Source: the human T2T-CHM13v2.0 reference genome, Homo sapiens. From it: DNA of 64,000 nt. Where the stretch lies: NCBI RefSeq assembly GCF_009914755.1, contig NC_060925.1; one strand, 5' to 3'. Shown here in pieces: positions 1 through 12,076 of this stretch. The notes under the pieces are model-generated. The model had not been told where the DNA came from and ran no database searches. It worked only from the letters and a program-made list of their open reading frames with translations. How positions within the stretch are numbered: the stretch's first letter is position 1; each line of letters opens with the position of its first letter. Both the position numbers and the translations under genes were made by a program.

Positions 1-330
1 CTCCTGCCCACATTTAATTTCTCAGCAGCTTTTATCATGTTTCTCTTGAAAATATAACCAGTATCTGCCCACTGCCCTCCATCTCTGTTGTTGCTACCCT
101 AAACTGGGCCGTCTTCATCTCCCACATGAGCTTCTGCAAGTCTCCTAATAGGCCTCACTACTTCCTCTCCCGCCTCATCACACGTAGCCTGGTGGTCTTT
201 AGAAAGAGTTGTCACTTACCCCTTAAAACCCTCCAGTGATTTTTTTCCCACAACGTGAAGAATGACAGCCAAACTCCTGACCACAGCCTTTGTAATCATA
301 CTTGATCTGGCATCCCTGCCAGTTTTCAGC
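1..330 (+). mobile_element. L2 LINE fragment
   Basis: Resembles the L2 3' region (ctccatctctgttgttgctaccct...catctcccacatgagcttctgcaagtctcctaataggcctc). Confidence 0.65.
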
Positions 331-479
331 CTCTCATTGTTTGTTATTATTGCTGCTGTTGTATGGGAAGGGGAACCCAGAGGCAGAATCGTGTCAGTCA
401 TATTCCTTAGTTTGTGGAGCATCAGCATCTTTGATCCACATAAGATCCCTCTCTTGTATGTTGGTTGGTTATCTTGTTT

Positions 480-2290
480 ATTTCCTTTTATCCAAATTCC
501 CCACCTGCATTTCCTCACCTACTGTAAGCAGCCTACCATTTTGTTTGTAGGTGTTACTATAAATTGTATATTGATGTTTTCTATATTTTTAGTTTATATA
601 AATGATATTGTGTAATAAATCACATTTTGCTTCTTGCTTTCTACACATGGTGTCATGAAGATCCATCTAAGTAGCATTTTTCATCTAGTCCATGTCTTCT
701 CACTGCCGCATAGTACTGTCTGGTGCATCCACTGCCTTTTGACAATTCCTCCTTTGGGATGGACACCAGGTTAGATTGGCTCCCACTCACAAACAGTAGG
801 CATCCCATTATTGTAGTCATGTGTGAGAATTATTTTGCAACATATATCAGTGGGATTGCTGGGTAATCTTGTGTATTTAATCTGAAAATGTACTGTCAAA
901 TAGCTCTCCAGAAGGCCTACAGCCTATGTTCTTACCAGTAGTGCATAAGGGAGCCAATATCTGCACCCCTCAATACAAATATCCAAGCAATTTGATCCAA
1001 GTGAACATTAGGCATTTTCCAACTTTCTGAGTTTTGTCACTTAAAGAGGTGGGATGTTTTTGATAGCTAATGAATTTGAGCACCTTTTATGTGCCATAAC
1101 TTAGGTTTCCTCTTCTCTAAATTGCCTGTTCATGGCTTTTGCCTGTTTTTTCAACTAGTATTACTTTTTCTTGCTGATTTTACAAGAACTTCTTGTAAAT
1201 GCTAGGTATAGGTCTTTTATTGTATAGGTCTTTTATTGACATTAGACAGTGAAAATATTTTCTGCCAAACTATCATCTGTCTGTTAAGTTTTTCCGTGTT
1301 ATTCCATACTGAATAGCAATCTTTTGATAAAATTGGATTCACCCGTTTATTTTTATTTTATTTTTTCTTGTGATTTGTGCTCCTGAATTTTTTTAGGAAG
1401 TCCTTTCTCACTACCAAGATGCAAATGATGAGGGTTTTGTATTTTTCCCTTTCTATAGTTGACCTCTTTTTTTCCCTTTTCATATTGCTTGGGAAACTGC
1501 CAATGTTATTTTAACAGTAGCAGTGACAGTGGGTATCTTTTTTTTATTCCCAATCTTAAAGGGACTGCACATTGAGTTTTTCCATAAGTACAGTATAGAA
1601 CTCTACTATGTTAAAGAGTCCCTTCAGTTCCTTCTATATTGATAGGCTTATCCTAAATAGGTATTGACTTATTTATGTTTTATCAAATGTTTTTTCCACA
1701 TCAACTGAGATCATTTATTTTTACATTAGACTAGTTATGTGATGAATTATGTGGCTAGAAACGTTTTGTTAAACCATCCTTTCATTCCAGGGATGTAAAG
1801 GATAACTAATCTTTTATTAAGGATTTTTTTTCTCTATGACCATAAGTAAAATATACCTATTATTTTCTTTTGTGTATGTTTTTTGTGTTCTTTCTATCTA
1901 CTTATATGTCAAAATTACACTTGCCTCACAGAACGATCTGGGCAATTCATTTCCTGTGTTCTATGCTTACTTCTATAAGATAGAAATTGATTGTTTCTTG
2001 AAATACTGGTAATACTAATGTGTAAAACCATCTGTGCCTGGGATTTCATGTGATGGCTTGTCTTTCAGATACCATTTCAGTTAGTAATTATTGGTATTTT
2101 CTGGCCTATTTAAATTTTCCATTTCTTCTTATGCCAATTTTGACAGCTTCCTTTTTCTAGGCATTTGTCTATTATATATAAGTTTTCAAATATTATAATT
2201 CTCTTTTATTATTTTTAAAAATCTTTGTTGAGGCTGATGTTATTTCTGCTTTTTAATTTTGTGTTTAATTTTCATTATCTCTCTTGTATC
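480..2290 (-). mobile_element. Old L1 (L1M/L1ME-type) 3' UTR and ORF2 remnant
   Basis: T-rich degenerate antisense L1 motifs (gggattgctgggt, caaatagctctccagaagg, ttgttaaaccatcctttcattccaggg, aaaccatctgtgcctgg). Confidence 0.7.
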
Positions 2291-2429
2291 TTTTATTAAA
2301 TAAACATTTTATTGAAGTATAATATACATACAGAAAAACATATATAATAGGTATATAGCTCTATGAATTTTTGTGTATCTCTGTGACATACATATCTATA
2401 AATAAAAATTATGGATCAAGCCTACATAT

Positions 2430-2915
2430 GTGCACAAAAATGCATGTATAAAAATTATCACAGTAACAATTTACAACTGAGAAAAGTGAAAATAATATCA
2501 ACATTTATCAACGATCAATAACAGGATGGATAAAGAAATGTTAGCATATTTATATTATGGAATATTATACAACAATAAAAAATAATAAATTACTACCACA
2601 CACAAATATATGGATAAAACACACAAACACAATGTTAAGCCAAAGAAACCAAACTCAAAGGAGAATGTACTATATGATTTCATTCATATAACCTTTAACA
2701 GAGGCAAAACTAACTTATGGTTATAGAAGTTAGAATAATGGTTAACTTGTGAGGAGGGGGACAGGGGCTGGGAAGCGCATGAGGAAGGGTTCTATGGTTC
2801 TATGGTTTGATCTGGGTAGTGGTTACAAAGATGTGTTTACTTTGTAAAAATTCAGTGAACTATTTGTACACTTATGAATTGTGCCCTTTTCTATGTATAT
2901 AATATGCTGCAATCA
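2430..2915 (+). mobile_element. L1ME 3' end fragment
   Basis: ggatggataaa...tggaatattatac...gaggcaaaactaac...tttgatctgggtagtggttaca, typical of the L1ME 3' UTR. Confidence 0.75.
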
Positions 2916-2929
2916 AACGTTTATAAGAG

Positions 2930-5110
2930 ACAATGACTGTCACAACAAAATAACTAAAAGCCTTAGGAGTATCCCACACATGGTAAGAACATTCCAAACA
3001 AAGTGACTTCAAGAGGTTGAAAATAAAGGCATTAGCAAAGAGATACAGGACAAACACTAAACAACAAACAAAAAAAGGAGTGGTCATATTAAAATTAAGC
3101 AAGGTGGAAAGTAAGGTTAAAAGTACTCAAAGGACACAAGGGAGCATAATATGATAATAAAAAAGCACAACATTGTGAAGAAGTTCTAACAGTCATAAAC
3201 TTACTTAAACCAAACAGCACGGGAGCTAAATATACACAAAGCAAACCAATTAGGAAGCTATTTTAAATTCAACTAAAGTGTGAGATGTCTCTATATTTCT
3301 TTCAGAATCAAAGAATACTGTACTCAAATAAAAACAAGGAGAAAAACAGATTAACTAATATATCAAAAATAAAAAGTAATAAAATATTTAGAATAACTTT
3401 GGTACTTTTAGTACTTTCCAACTTTGCCTAATTTTAATATTATCACTCCCTTTTCCCTTTTTGTTTGTTTGGTATTTGCCTTGTGTAAAATATACAATTT
3501 TCATATGACCATAAAATATTTATCAAAATCAATCATATATATGTATATATATGCATGCACATACACACATATATGTGTATATACATATAGTAGACTTTAT
3601 AAATTGAGGCTATAAAATAACCCAATTATATTAAGAATAAATAATAAAATGTTGACCAAAAATAAAAAGCATTAACTATTTAGAAATTAAGAAAGACATT
3701 TCCAAATAGCCATTAGATCAAGAAAATTTCAAAGCTAAAATTATACATGCTATAGAAGCAAATAAAAGGAACACTTCATAGATGAACTTATGAGAGACAG
3801 CCAAAGATATACTCAGAGATCTGAAAAAATAGTCATAATGCCATTAAGATTTCAAATGTAAAAGACTGGACCCCGTGGTGAAACCCAGTCTCTACAAAAA
3901 CACAAAAATTAGCCGGGCATGGTGGCCTATGCCTGTAATCCCAGCTACTCAGGAGGCTGAGGTGGGAGGATCACTTGAGGCCAGGAGGTTATGGCTGCAG
4001 TGAGCTGTGATTGCACCACTGCACTCCAGCCTGGGAGACAAAACGGGACCCTGCCACCCTCCCCCCACCCAAAAAAAAAACCCAAAGAACAAAACAAAAC
4101 AAACAAAAACCTCATTAATTTAATTTAATTTAAATAAATAAATAAATAAATAAAAGATGAAGAAACTTGGTACCTGTCCAGTAAATTAATGAAAAATGGA
4201 AAGCCGCTTTAGGAAGAGAGAATTCATAGAAACAAAACTTGAATTTAACCAAATGAGCAACAAAAATTAGCAGATGATAAATTAATCCAAATGCTGGTAT
4301 TTCAAAGGACCCAATAAAATACATAACCTATCACAAACTTATTTTAGGAGATAAAAGAAAAAATAAAAACGTAGAGGATCGGGAGTGAGAAAAGAGACAA
4401 ACTACAATACAGGAGAATTTTTTTTAATTACAAGACGGAATTATATGCAACTCCATGGCAACAAATTTGTGAATCTAGAAGAAATGAATAATTTCTTAGT
4501 AAAATGTGAATGACCAAAATTGACCCAAGAAAAAGACATGAAAAACTTTGAATAGGCCAATTACCACAGAAGACACTAGAAAGGTTAAAAAGACCTTTCA
4601 CTAAAAATGTTACCTACTGGCTTCATAGCTGAAATCTAACCTTTAAAGAACAGCTAGTTCCTATGTTATTCAAATGATTCTAAGTCAGAAAAAAATACAG
4701 AAGCTCTTGACTCATTTTACAAAACCAGTACAACTTTAATACAAAAAAAAGTTGTATTAAACTTTTTAAAGAAAGTACAGAAACAGATAACTGTAATTTC
4801 ATTTATGTGTTTGGATGCAACAATTGTTTTTAAAAATTAGCAAATGGAAACTGGCATGGAACAAAAGAAATTAATTCATTAAATAATTTTTGGTAGCCAC
4901 TCAAATATTTATTGAATGAATCAATGAAAGAATAAGCATTTGCCTTTAAAAACAGCATGAATAATTAGGATTTATTCAAAGAATGCAGAGGTAATTGTAC
5001 ATTAGGAAGTCTATCCAGGTAATTCATTAGGACAGCAAAAGAAAAATATGTGATATATCAAAAGTACTGAAAAGCTATTTAAGAAACTCAGTAATCATTC
5101 TTATGACACT
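2930..5110 (+). mobile_element. Old L1 ORF2 remnant, interrupted by an Alu
   Basis: A-rich degenerate L1 ORF2 motifs (aatctagaagaaatgaataatttcttagtaaaa, ccaaaattgacccaagaa, gactcattttacaaaaccag). Confidence 0.65.
3875..4085 (+). mobile_element. 5'-truncated AluJ
   Basis: Alu linker and right arm with J-type gggaggatcacttgag; A-rich tail. Confidence 0.9.
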
Positions 5111-5264
5111 CCAGGTAGGGGGTGAAACTTCCAGAGGAACTGCGTGAGAAGCTCAGCAAATATTCTCCTCAAAAACCAATGACAAAACTAGAGAAAATTG
5201 TCCAACAACCATTTCAAACTCTAAAAATTAAGCAAAGCATGCAAAAAATTGAAGGGCATTATTT

Positions 5265-6950
5265 ACTCCTGGTTATATCTCTTGCTGTGAAATCCCTATT
5301 GTCTGATACTAACATAGCCAGTTCAGCATCCTTTAGATTAGCATTTTTTATCTTTTTACTTTTGACCTATTCATATCTTTATATGTAAGGTGGGTTTATT
5401 ATATAAACATTTTCTGCCATTTACATGTAGTGCAATTATAAATATGGTTAGGTTTAAATATATCTTTTTGCTATTTGTTTTCTATTTCATCCCATCTCTC
5501 CTTTGTTCGTTTTTTCTTCTTACTCTTCTTAAAAAATTTTTTTATAATTCCATTTTATTCACTATTGGCTTATTAAATTTTTCTCTTTTTCTTTTGTAGT
5601 TATTGCTCTGTGATTTATAATATACAATTGAATTGTCCCTTGGTATCTATGGGGGATTAGTTCCAGGACCCCTCACAGACACCAAAATTCATGGATGCTC
5701 AAGTTCCTTATATAAAATAATATATTATTGGCATATAATATTGGCACACATCCTCCCATATACTTTAAATTATGTCTAGATTACGTGTAATACCTACTAC
5801 AAGGTAAATGCTATATAAGCAGATGTTACACTGTATTGTTGAGGGAATTATGACCAAAAAAAGATCTGTACATGCTCAGTACAGATGCAACCATCCATTT
5901 GTTTTTCAAATACTTTCAATTCACAGTTGGTTGAATCCATGGATGCAGAACCCACTGATACAGAGGGCCAACTGTGTATCCATTTTATCACAGTCTACCT
6001 TCGAATAGTTTTATAGCACTTCCCATATATTTTAAGAACCTTACAATGGTGTACTCCCATTTCTGCCCTCCCATCCTTTGTGCTATTGTTGTCACCTGTT
6101 TTAATTCTACATGTTATAAACCTAACAACACATGCTTATTATACTTTTCCTTAAACAATTATCTTTTGAAGAGACTTTAAAAGTGAGGAAAATGTATCTG
6201 CTTACCTACATATTTACTATTTTCAACAATCTCTATTCTTTAGTGTAGATCCAAATTTCTTTTAGTATCACATTCCTTCTGCCTGAGGAACTTCTTTTAA
6301 CATTTTTTTTTTTTTTTGTAGCATAGGTCTGCTGGCAATAAATTCTCTCTGTTTTGTTTCCCTTTTTAAAAAGTCTCTCTTTAGCCTACATTTTGAAAGA
6401 TACTTTTGTAGGTTGTAGACTTCCAGGATGATGCTTTTTTCTTTCAGTATTTTAAAGACTTCACTTCATTACCTTCTAGCTTCGACAGGAAGTCTGCTGC
6501 CTGCCTTTTTTGTTGTTACTGTTGTTCTTCTCTGTGTGTTGTGGCCCCATACTCTGCACTTGCTTTTAAGATTTTCTGCTTATCACTGGTTTCCAGCAAT
6601 TTGATTATCATGTGCCTTGGTGTGGTATTCTTTTTCCCTTTGTTTGTGGTTCGTTAGGCTTGTTGTTTTGCAAGTTTAGAGTATTCATCACTTAGACATT
6701 TTCCAGCCATTATTTCTTGAATTTCTTTTCTCTCTCCCTCCACCTGCCAGGGCTCACATAACACACGTTAGACTTCTAGATATCATCTCACAACACTGAT
6801 ATCCTGCTCCTTATTTCCCCAGGTTTTCCTCCTTTTGTGTTTTATTTTACTTAGTTTCTAATGTTATGTCTTCAAAGATCACTGATATTTTTTCTGTGGT
6901 GTCTAAGCTGCTATTCATCCCAGTCAGTATAACTTTCTTTCAGATATTGC
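5265..6950 (-). mobile_element. Old L1 (L1MC/MD-like) ORF1 to ORF2-start remnant, interrupted by MER2
   Basis: Antisense L1 motifs (ctattgtctgatactaacatagcc, ggtctgctggcaataaattctctc, ttttgaaagatacttttg). Confidence 0.7.
5630..5974 (+). mobile_element. MER2 (TcMar-Tigger MITE)
   Basis: Near full-length match to MER2 consensus; TIRs ttgtcccttggtatc ... gatacagagggccaactg. Confidence 0.9.
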
Positions 6951-8880
6951 ATTGAGAAAAATAAAGTAGGGAAGGAAAATAGAACCCAGGTGAGTGAGAT
7001 GGACATTTTAAATCAGGCCATTAAGGAAAGAGTTACTGATAGGATAAAACTTGAGTAAAAACCTGAAGGAGGTGAAGTGAAGATATTCAGGTCTTCATCA
7101 TTCTCCAAAGCTGTTTCTATGACACCTTTAGCACATTTCTCCTTTCTATTAAGTCTCTTCCTTCCTTCTGGTGTAGCAAGTAGCCCTCCGTTGTCTTCTG
7201 TAGGTTCCTTTTTGTCTCAAATCCTCCTTAACTATATTCTTGCACATTTTTTTCTATTTGTCTATATCCTGTCTTCCTTTCCCTTATTACAGATTCCTTT
7301 TGCTGCTTCTCTTGTGGCTTCTGTATCTACAGTGGTTTCATTTTTCTCACCCATTCTTTCCAAAGCTATGTCTGCTCATTTGTCATCTCCTTGAATAGTT
7401 TTTCACCTTATATTTGAACACCATTATTTCCTCTTTAACTTCTTATTTCTAGGGACCCTGTCCTCCTTAACTTATTTGATATCAGAAGGGAAACACATCT
7501 ACTGTAGCATGTTTCTGTTTTGTGAATATTTTTTATCTGATTTTTGCTCATTATGTACCTTTTTTCTTTATGGTTGCTTTTGATTACTACTCAACTCTGA
7601 ATGCGGCCAGGGCTTTTCTGCAGCAGTTGTTTATAAAAGGTTGTGTGGGAAGGCTCCATGAAGTGAGTAGAGACAGAAAGTAGCCTGGGCTTAGGACTTT
7701 CTCAAATCTTACCAAATGCATGTCTCAAATTCTGTATTCTGGAGCCCCCTTCGGGATAAGCAGAAAGTCCACTTGTCTCCTGTATGCCATGGCTTTCTTT
7801 AATGGTGATTAAATGATGACTACTGCTGATTATTTTTCTTTCTCAATTATCATCAGCACTAAGCTAATTGTCACTTGCCTCCTCTCATCTACTCCATCAA
7901 ACTGACACCCATTCTTCCAGAAATGGCAGGTCTAATCAGATGATCATCCAGCTCCTCCTCTCCTGCTGCTCTAGGGTGATAAACCAGGCTTGGGATATTC
8001 TCACACCAATCTCCACGCCCTGCAGACCTACCGATACAAGTCAGCAAGTAATGGTTGGCCCTCAGTATAGGCAAACACTCTAAGGAAATCTGTCTGCCCC
8101 TCCAGGAACTGTTAAGGTATATGTTAAGATATGTGTCCACTCTTGCTCTGCTCCCTGTGTTTGGTCTACATATTACTACATTTGATAGCATTCTTCATAA
8201 ACTATCATTCCCTGGCATCGTGCCTTCCTTATTTCATTTTCTTCTCTGTGGTTCATTATTGTTTTGTTATTACTGGTTTGACAGAGAAGAGTAGAACAAA
8301 AAAGGCTTCTTTCCTATCTTTAATTGGAAGTTTCTGTTTTAATTTAATTCAACTCAAAAAATATTTATTGAGTGCCCATGAAAAATAAGATTCCGTGATT
8401 AGTGCTGAGGAGAGGGAAAAGATGAGAGTAAAAAAACTTATGGCAAATATTTAAAGAACGCAAGGAATCCCATTGTACTGGAACACAAACAGAAGGAAAG
8501 AAATCTTCACCTATCTCTATAGTGGCAATAGGAGTGCTCTGTTGTTTCAGCAGAAAAGTCTTTGCAACTTTGTCTTAAGTGAAATAGTCCTATTTATGTT
8601 CTGGGAGCCCTCAGGACCACCCTAATAATAGCAATGCTTGTAAGTACTAATAAAGGATGCTGAACTATCCAAATAATTATGGTAACTAATATTCAGCATG
8701 TTCTTTGGTAGGTACTTTCATGCAGACCCATGTGGGTCACTTAACAAAATAGAATTTCATTTTTTTTTTTTAAAAAAAGACCAAGTATAGAATAAGCCAT
8801 TATCTGGAGTAGCTTGTTGCCTAGTTGAGAGGGTAGCTGTGCCCCGCAGACTTAAAGTAATTGTACTGTGGCAATTTAGC

Positions 8881-9112
8881 GAAAGGAAGGAAGGAAGGAA
8901 GGAAGGAAGGAAGGAAGGAAGGAAGGAAGGAAGGAGGGAGGGAGGGAAAGAAAAGAAAAGAAAAGAAAGAAGGAAGGAAGGAAAGAGAAAGAAGAAAGGA
9001 AAGGAAAGGAAAGGGAAGAAAGGAAAGGAAAGGAAAGGGAAGAAAGGAAAGGAAAGGAAAGGAAAGGAAAGGAAAGGAAAGGAAAGGAAAGGAAAGGAAA
9101 GGAAAGGAAAGG
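8881..9112 (+). repeat. Compound polypurine microsatellite (AAGG)n/(GAAAG)n
   Basis: ~230 bp made only of A and G on the + strand. Confidence 0.97.
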
Positions 9113-9897
9113 AGGAGACATTGCATCTCTTCAGGAGGCCAGGCAGAAAACAAAAAATAGATAAAACCAAGGGCTTTAGGGCCCCCGATGATGCAGTAGG
9201 CAAGGAAATAAATTTAAATATAACTAAGCAGAAAGGAGAAGTAGTGGCCACTTTTTATTCTCCTTAAATCTAGGGATATTGACACCAAAAATTAAACTTC
9301 AATAATTTATGGAGTTAAAGTGCTTTTGCCTTCTGCCCCAAACCATGACAAAAAGTCTTCACCCCAAGGAAGCAGTATTTGATTCTCAAAGCATGTGCTC
9401 ACTCATTTGCTGCTGACCTCCCTGCCCATCCCCTTTTCCCTGACTCCTCTGTATGTCCTCAAGGGCCATATTTTCCTCAGTGTCTTCTCCCCTCTGGGTT
9501 CTAGGTAGAGACCAATGGGACTCTGACCTGCTATTTATAAAACTGAGCTTGCAAAGTGAACAGTGGGCTCTTCTCCTCTTTCTGAATCTTCTGGGATGTC
9601 CTACAGATGCACTAGCTATGGAGCCATTTAATTGGGGAAGGGACTTGGGATGAAAAAGCTCAAGAACTGCTGGCCTAACATCAAACTTTGGTTTTTGGAA
9701 ACATTAGTATATGCCCAAGTCAAATTGGTGACAGATGGCTCTGGATTGAAAGTAACTATATATAAACATATTCTTAGAAAATATGTTCTATTGATTTAGC
9801 AATAAGAATCAGATGAATCCTATCAGGAGCCATGGAAGGAAGAAAATGGACTGTTATGGACCTGAAATCTCTGGGAAAATGGATTTCTAAAATATAG

Positions 9898-10045
9898 TCA
9901 TCACCGGGGGACTTGTTAGAATTGCAAATTCTCGGGCCTCTCCTTAGACCTGCTGGACCAAACATTTTGAGGGTGGGGGCCCCACAACCGAGTTTAACAA
10001 GCCCTCCCGGTGATTCTGATGTATGTTAAAATTTAAGAACCAGTG
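9898..10045 (+). mobile_element. MER5A (hAT-Charlie), 5'-truncated
   Basis: cttgttagaattgcaaattctcgggcc...aacaagccctcccggtgattctgatg...agaaccagtg. Confidence 0.85.
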
Positions 10046-10078
10046 TAGTAGGGGAAGAAAATAACTCAAGGCATAGAT

Positions 10079-10263
10079 CAGTGGGTCTCAAATTTTGTGT
10101 TGCCTCAGAATCCCCTGGAGAGCTTATTGAAACAAATATCACTAGATCCTACTCTGTGAATGTTTGATTCAGTGGGGCTGGGGTGGGGAGAATTTGCATT
10201 CCTAACAAATTCCTAGGTGGTGCTGATCCTGCTGGCCCCAGAACCACACTTGGAGAACCACCA
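10079..10263 (-). mobile_element. MER5A (hAT-Charlie)
   Basis: Reverse complement of MER5A with TIRs cagtgggtctcaaa ... ggagaaccacca. Confidence 0.8.
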
Positions 10264-10971
10264 GTCTACATAAAAGATTTAGGCAAGTAGAAAACTTTCC
10301 TGGCTCAAGACTAGAAAAGGATTTTCTGGTCTAAGGGGTTGGAAGGCAGGGGAGGAGGATAAGTAATAACTACATAGACATGTTAGTAATTTATATAGAA
10401 AAAAGCTCTGCTTCCTTCGGGCTCTAGGGAGACAGCAAAGCAGTAAGATTGCTGCTTTAGGCAGTCAGGGTTTTAGAATCACTAATTGACTTTCCTACTC
10501 TCCAGGTGTGGGAATGGTTGGAAAGTAGGGATATGCTGTCCAGAATAGGCCAAGTGAACAATCTTCAAAGTGGCCTGCATGAACCAATGCCCAATCATGA
10601 TGATGACATGTTCATTGATACCTGAATGAAGAGATAAATTCATAGAAAAGATTATCCTCCTCACACCAAACGCCCTGACAATGTAGCAATGGGAAGCTTC
10701 CAGAACTCAACCATGAACTGAGGGAAAGTGGAGAAACCAAGATGGTGCATTTGAAAGGAGGCTATGTTGTTAGCACCTTTCATAGGCTCTTTAGAATAAT
10801 GTGAAAGACAAAAATTTTGAAATGTTATTTCAGTAATTCTTAGGAAACACAAGTGAAGTACGGTGCCTCACGATAGGGTTACCCTTCAAGCGTGAACCCA
10901 AAATGGTCACCTCAGATGCCCTACCAAAGCAATTTCCCTAATGGGGGGCATCAAATAGAAATTGAGTCATA

Positions 10972-11230
10972 GCCAGGAATGGTGGTGAGCACCTGTAGTC
11001 CCAGCTACTTGGGAGGCTGAGGCAGGAGGATCGCTTGAGGCCAGGAGTTCTGGGCTGCAGTGTGCTATGCTGACTGGGTGTCTGCACTAAGTTCAGCATC
11101 AATATGGTGACCTCCAGGAGAAGAGGACCACTAGGTTGCTTAAGGATGAGTGAACTGGACCAGGTCAGAAATGGAGCAGGTCATGGCAACATAGCAAGAC
11201 CTTGTCTCTAAAATAAATAAATAAATAAAT
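10972..11230 (+). pseudogene. 7SL (SRP RNA) processed pseudogene with internal deletion
   Basis: Contains 7SL S-domain sequence absent from Alu (ttctgggctgcagtgtgctatg...gcactaagttcagcatcaatatggtgacctcc...ggagcaggtca); (AAAT)n tail; TSD agaaattgagtcata at 10957-10971 and 11231-11245. Confidence 0.93.
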
Positions 11231-11649
11231 AGAAATTGAGTCATAAAACATAAAATGACTAATTTTGAAGAAACAATTGGTAAAACTCAAATGGAGAGAC
11301 ATTCTTTCAAACAGCTGGCCTATACATTCAAATATATATATATATTTATATTTGGTAAACAAATGTATATTCTGTAAACAAATTGTTTGCCAAAAAATTA
11401 AGAATTCTCCATCTGCGTATGATGAGGTGTTATATTTTTGTCATTAATGGTCACCTGCATCTTAGATTATGGCATTATATCAATAGTTTTCTAAATTTGA
11501 ACAAAAATGAACATGGCTTTGTGAATTGAGATCCGTACCTGCTATGCCCATACCCATATCCTTATGCTTAACACTTTTTCAGAATAGTGAAGACCAGAAT
11601 AGTGAAGGTTCAGCACCTTAGAGAACTTACACACCAAGAATAGGAATTG

Positions 11650-11654
11650 TTTTT

Positions 11655-11745
<91 letters not shown>

Positions 11746-11780
11746 TTCTTTCCTTCCTTCCTTCCTGCCTTCCTTTCTTC
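11650..11780. repeat. (TTTC)n/(TC)n/(TTCC)n microsatellite grown from an Alu tail
   Basis: Directly visible and contiguous with the poly-T of the adjacent Alu. Confidence 0.95.
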
Positions 11781-12076
11781 CTTTTTTTTTTTTTGAGTCA
11801 AAGTCTCACTCTGTCACCTAGGATGGAATGCAGTGGCGCAATTTCGGTTCACTGCAACCTCTGCCGCCTGGGTTCAAGCAATCTCCTTCCTCAGCCTCCG
11901 AGGTAGCTGGGATTACAGGGATGCACCACCACACTCAGCTAATTTTTTGTATTTTTAGTAGAGACGGGGTTTCACCATGTTGGCCAGGCTGGTCTCAAAC
12001 TCCTGACCTCAGGTGATTTGCCCACCTCGGCCTCCCAAAGTGCTTGGATTACAGGCCTGAGCCACTGTGCCTGGCC
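11781..12076 (-). mobile_element. AluS (Sx/Sz-like)
   Basis: Full-length antisense Alu dimer. Confidence 0.95.

Noticed and set aside
1206-1237. 16-bp tandem duplication (similar 13-15 bp one at ~11580-11608)
   Set aside because: Ordinary slippage microduplication
8757-9267. Lys/Arg/Glu-rich and Phe/Ser/Pro-rich ORFs
   Set aside because: Translations of the polypurine microsatellite
10972-11230. Functional SRP RNA gene
   Set aside because: Heavy CpG decay, internal deletion, A-tail and TSD mark it as a retrocopy
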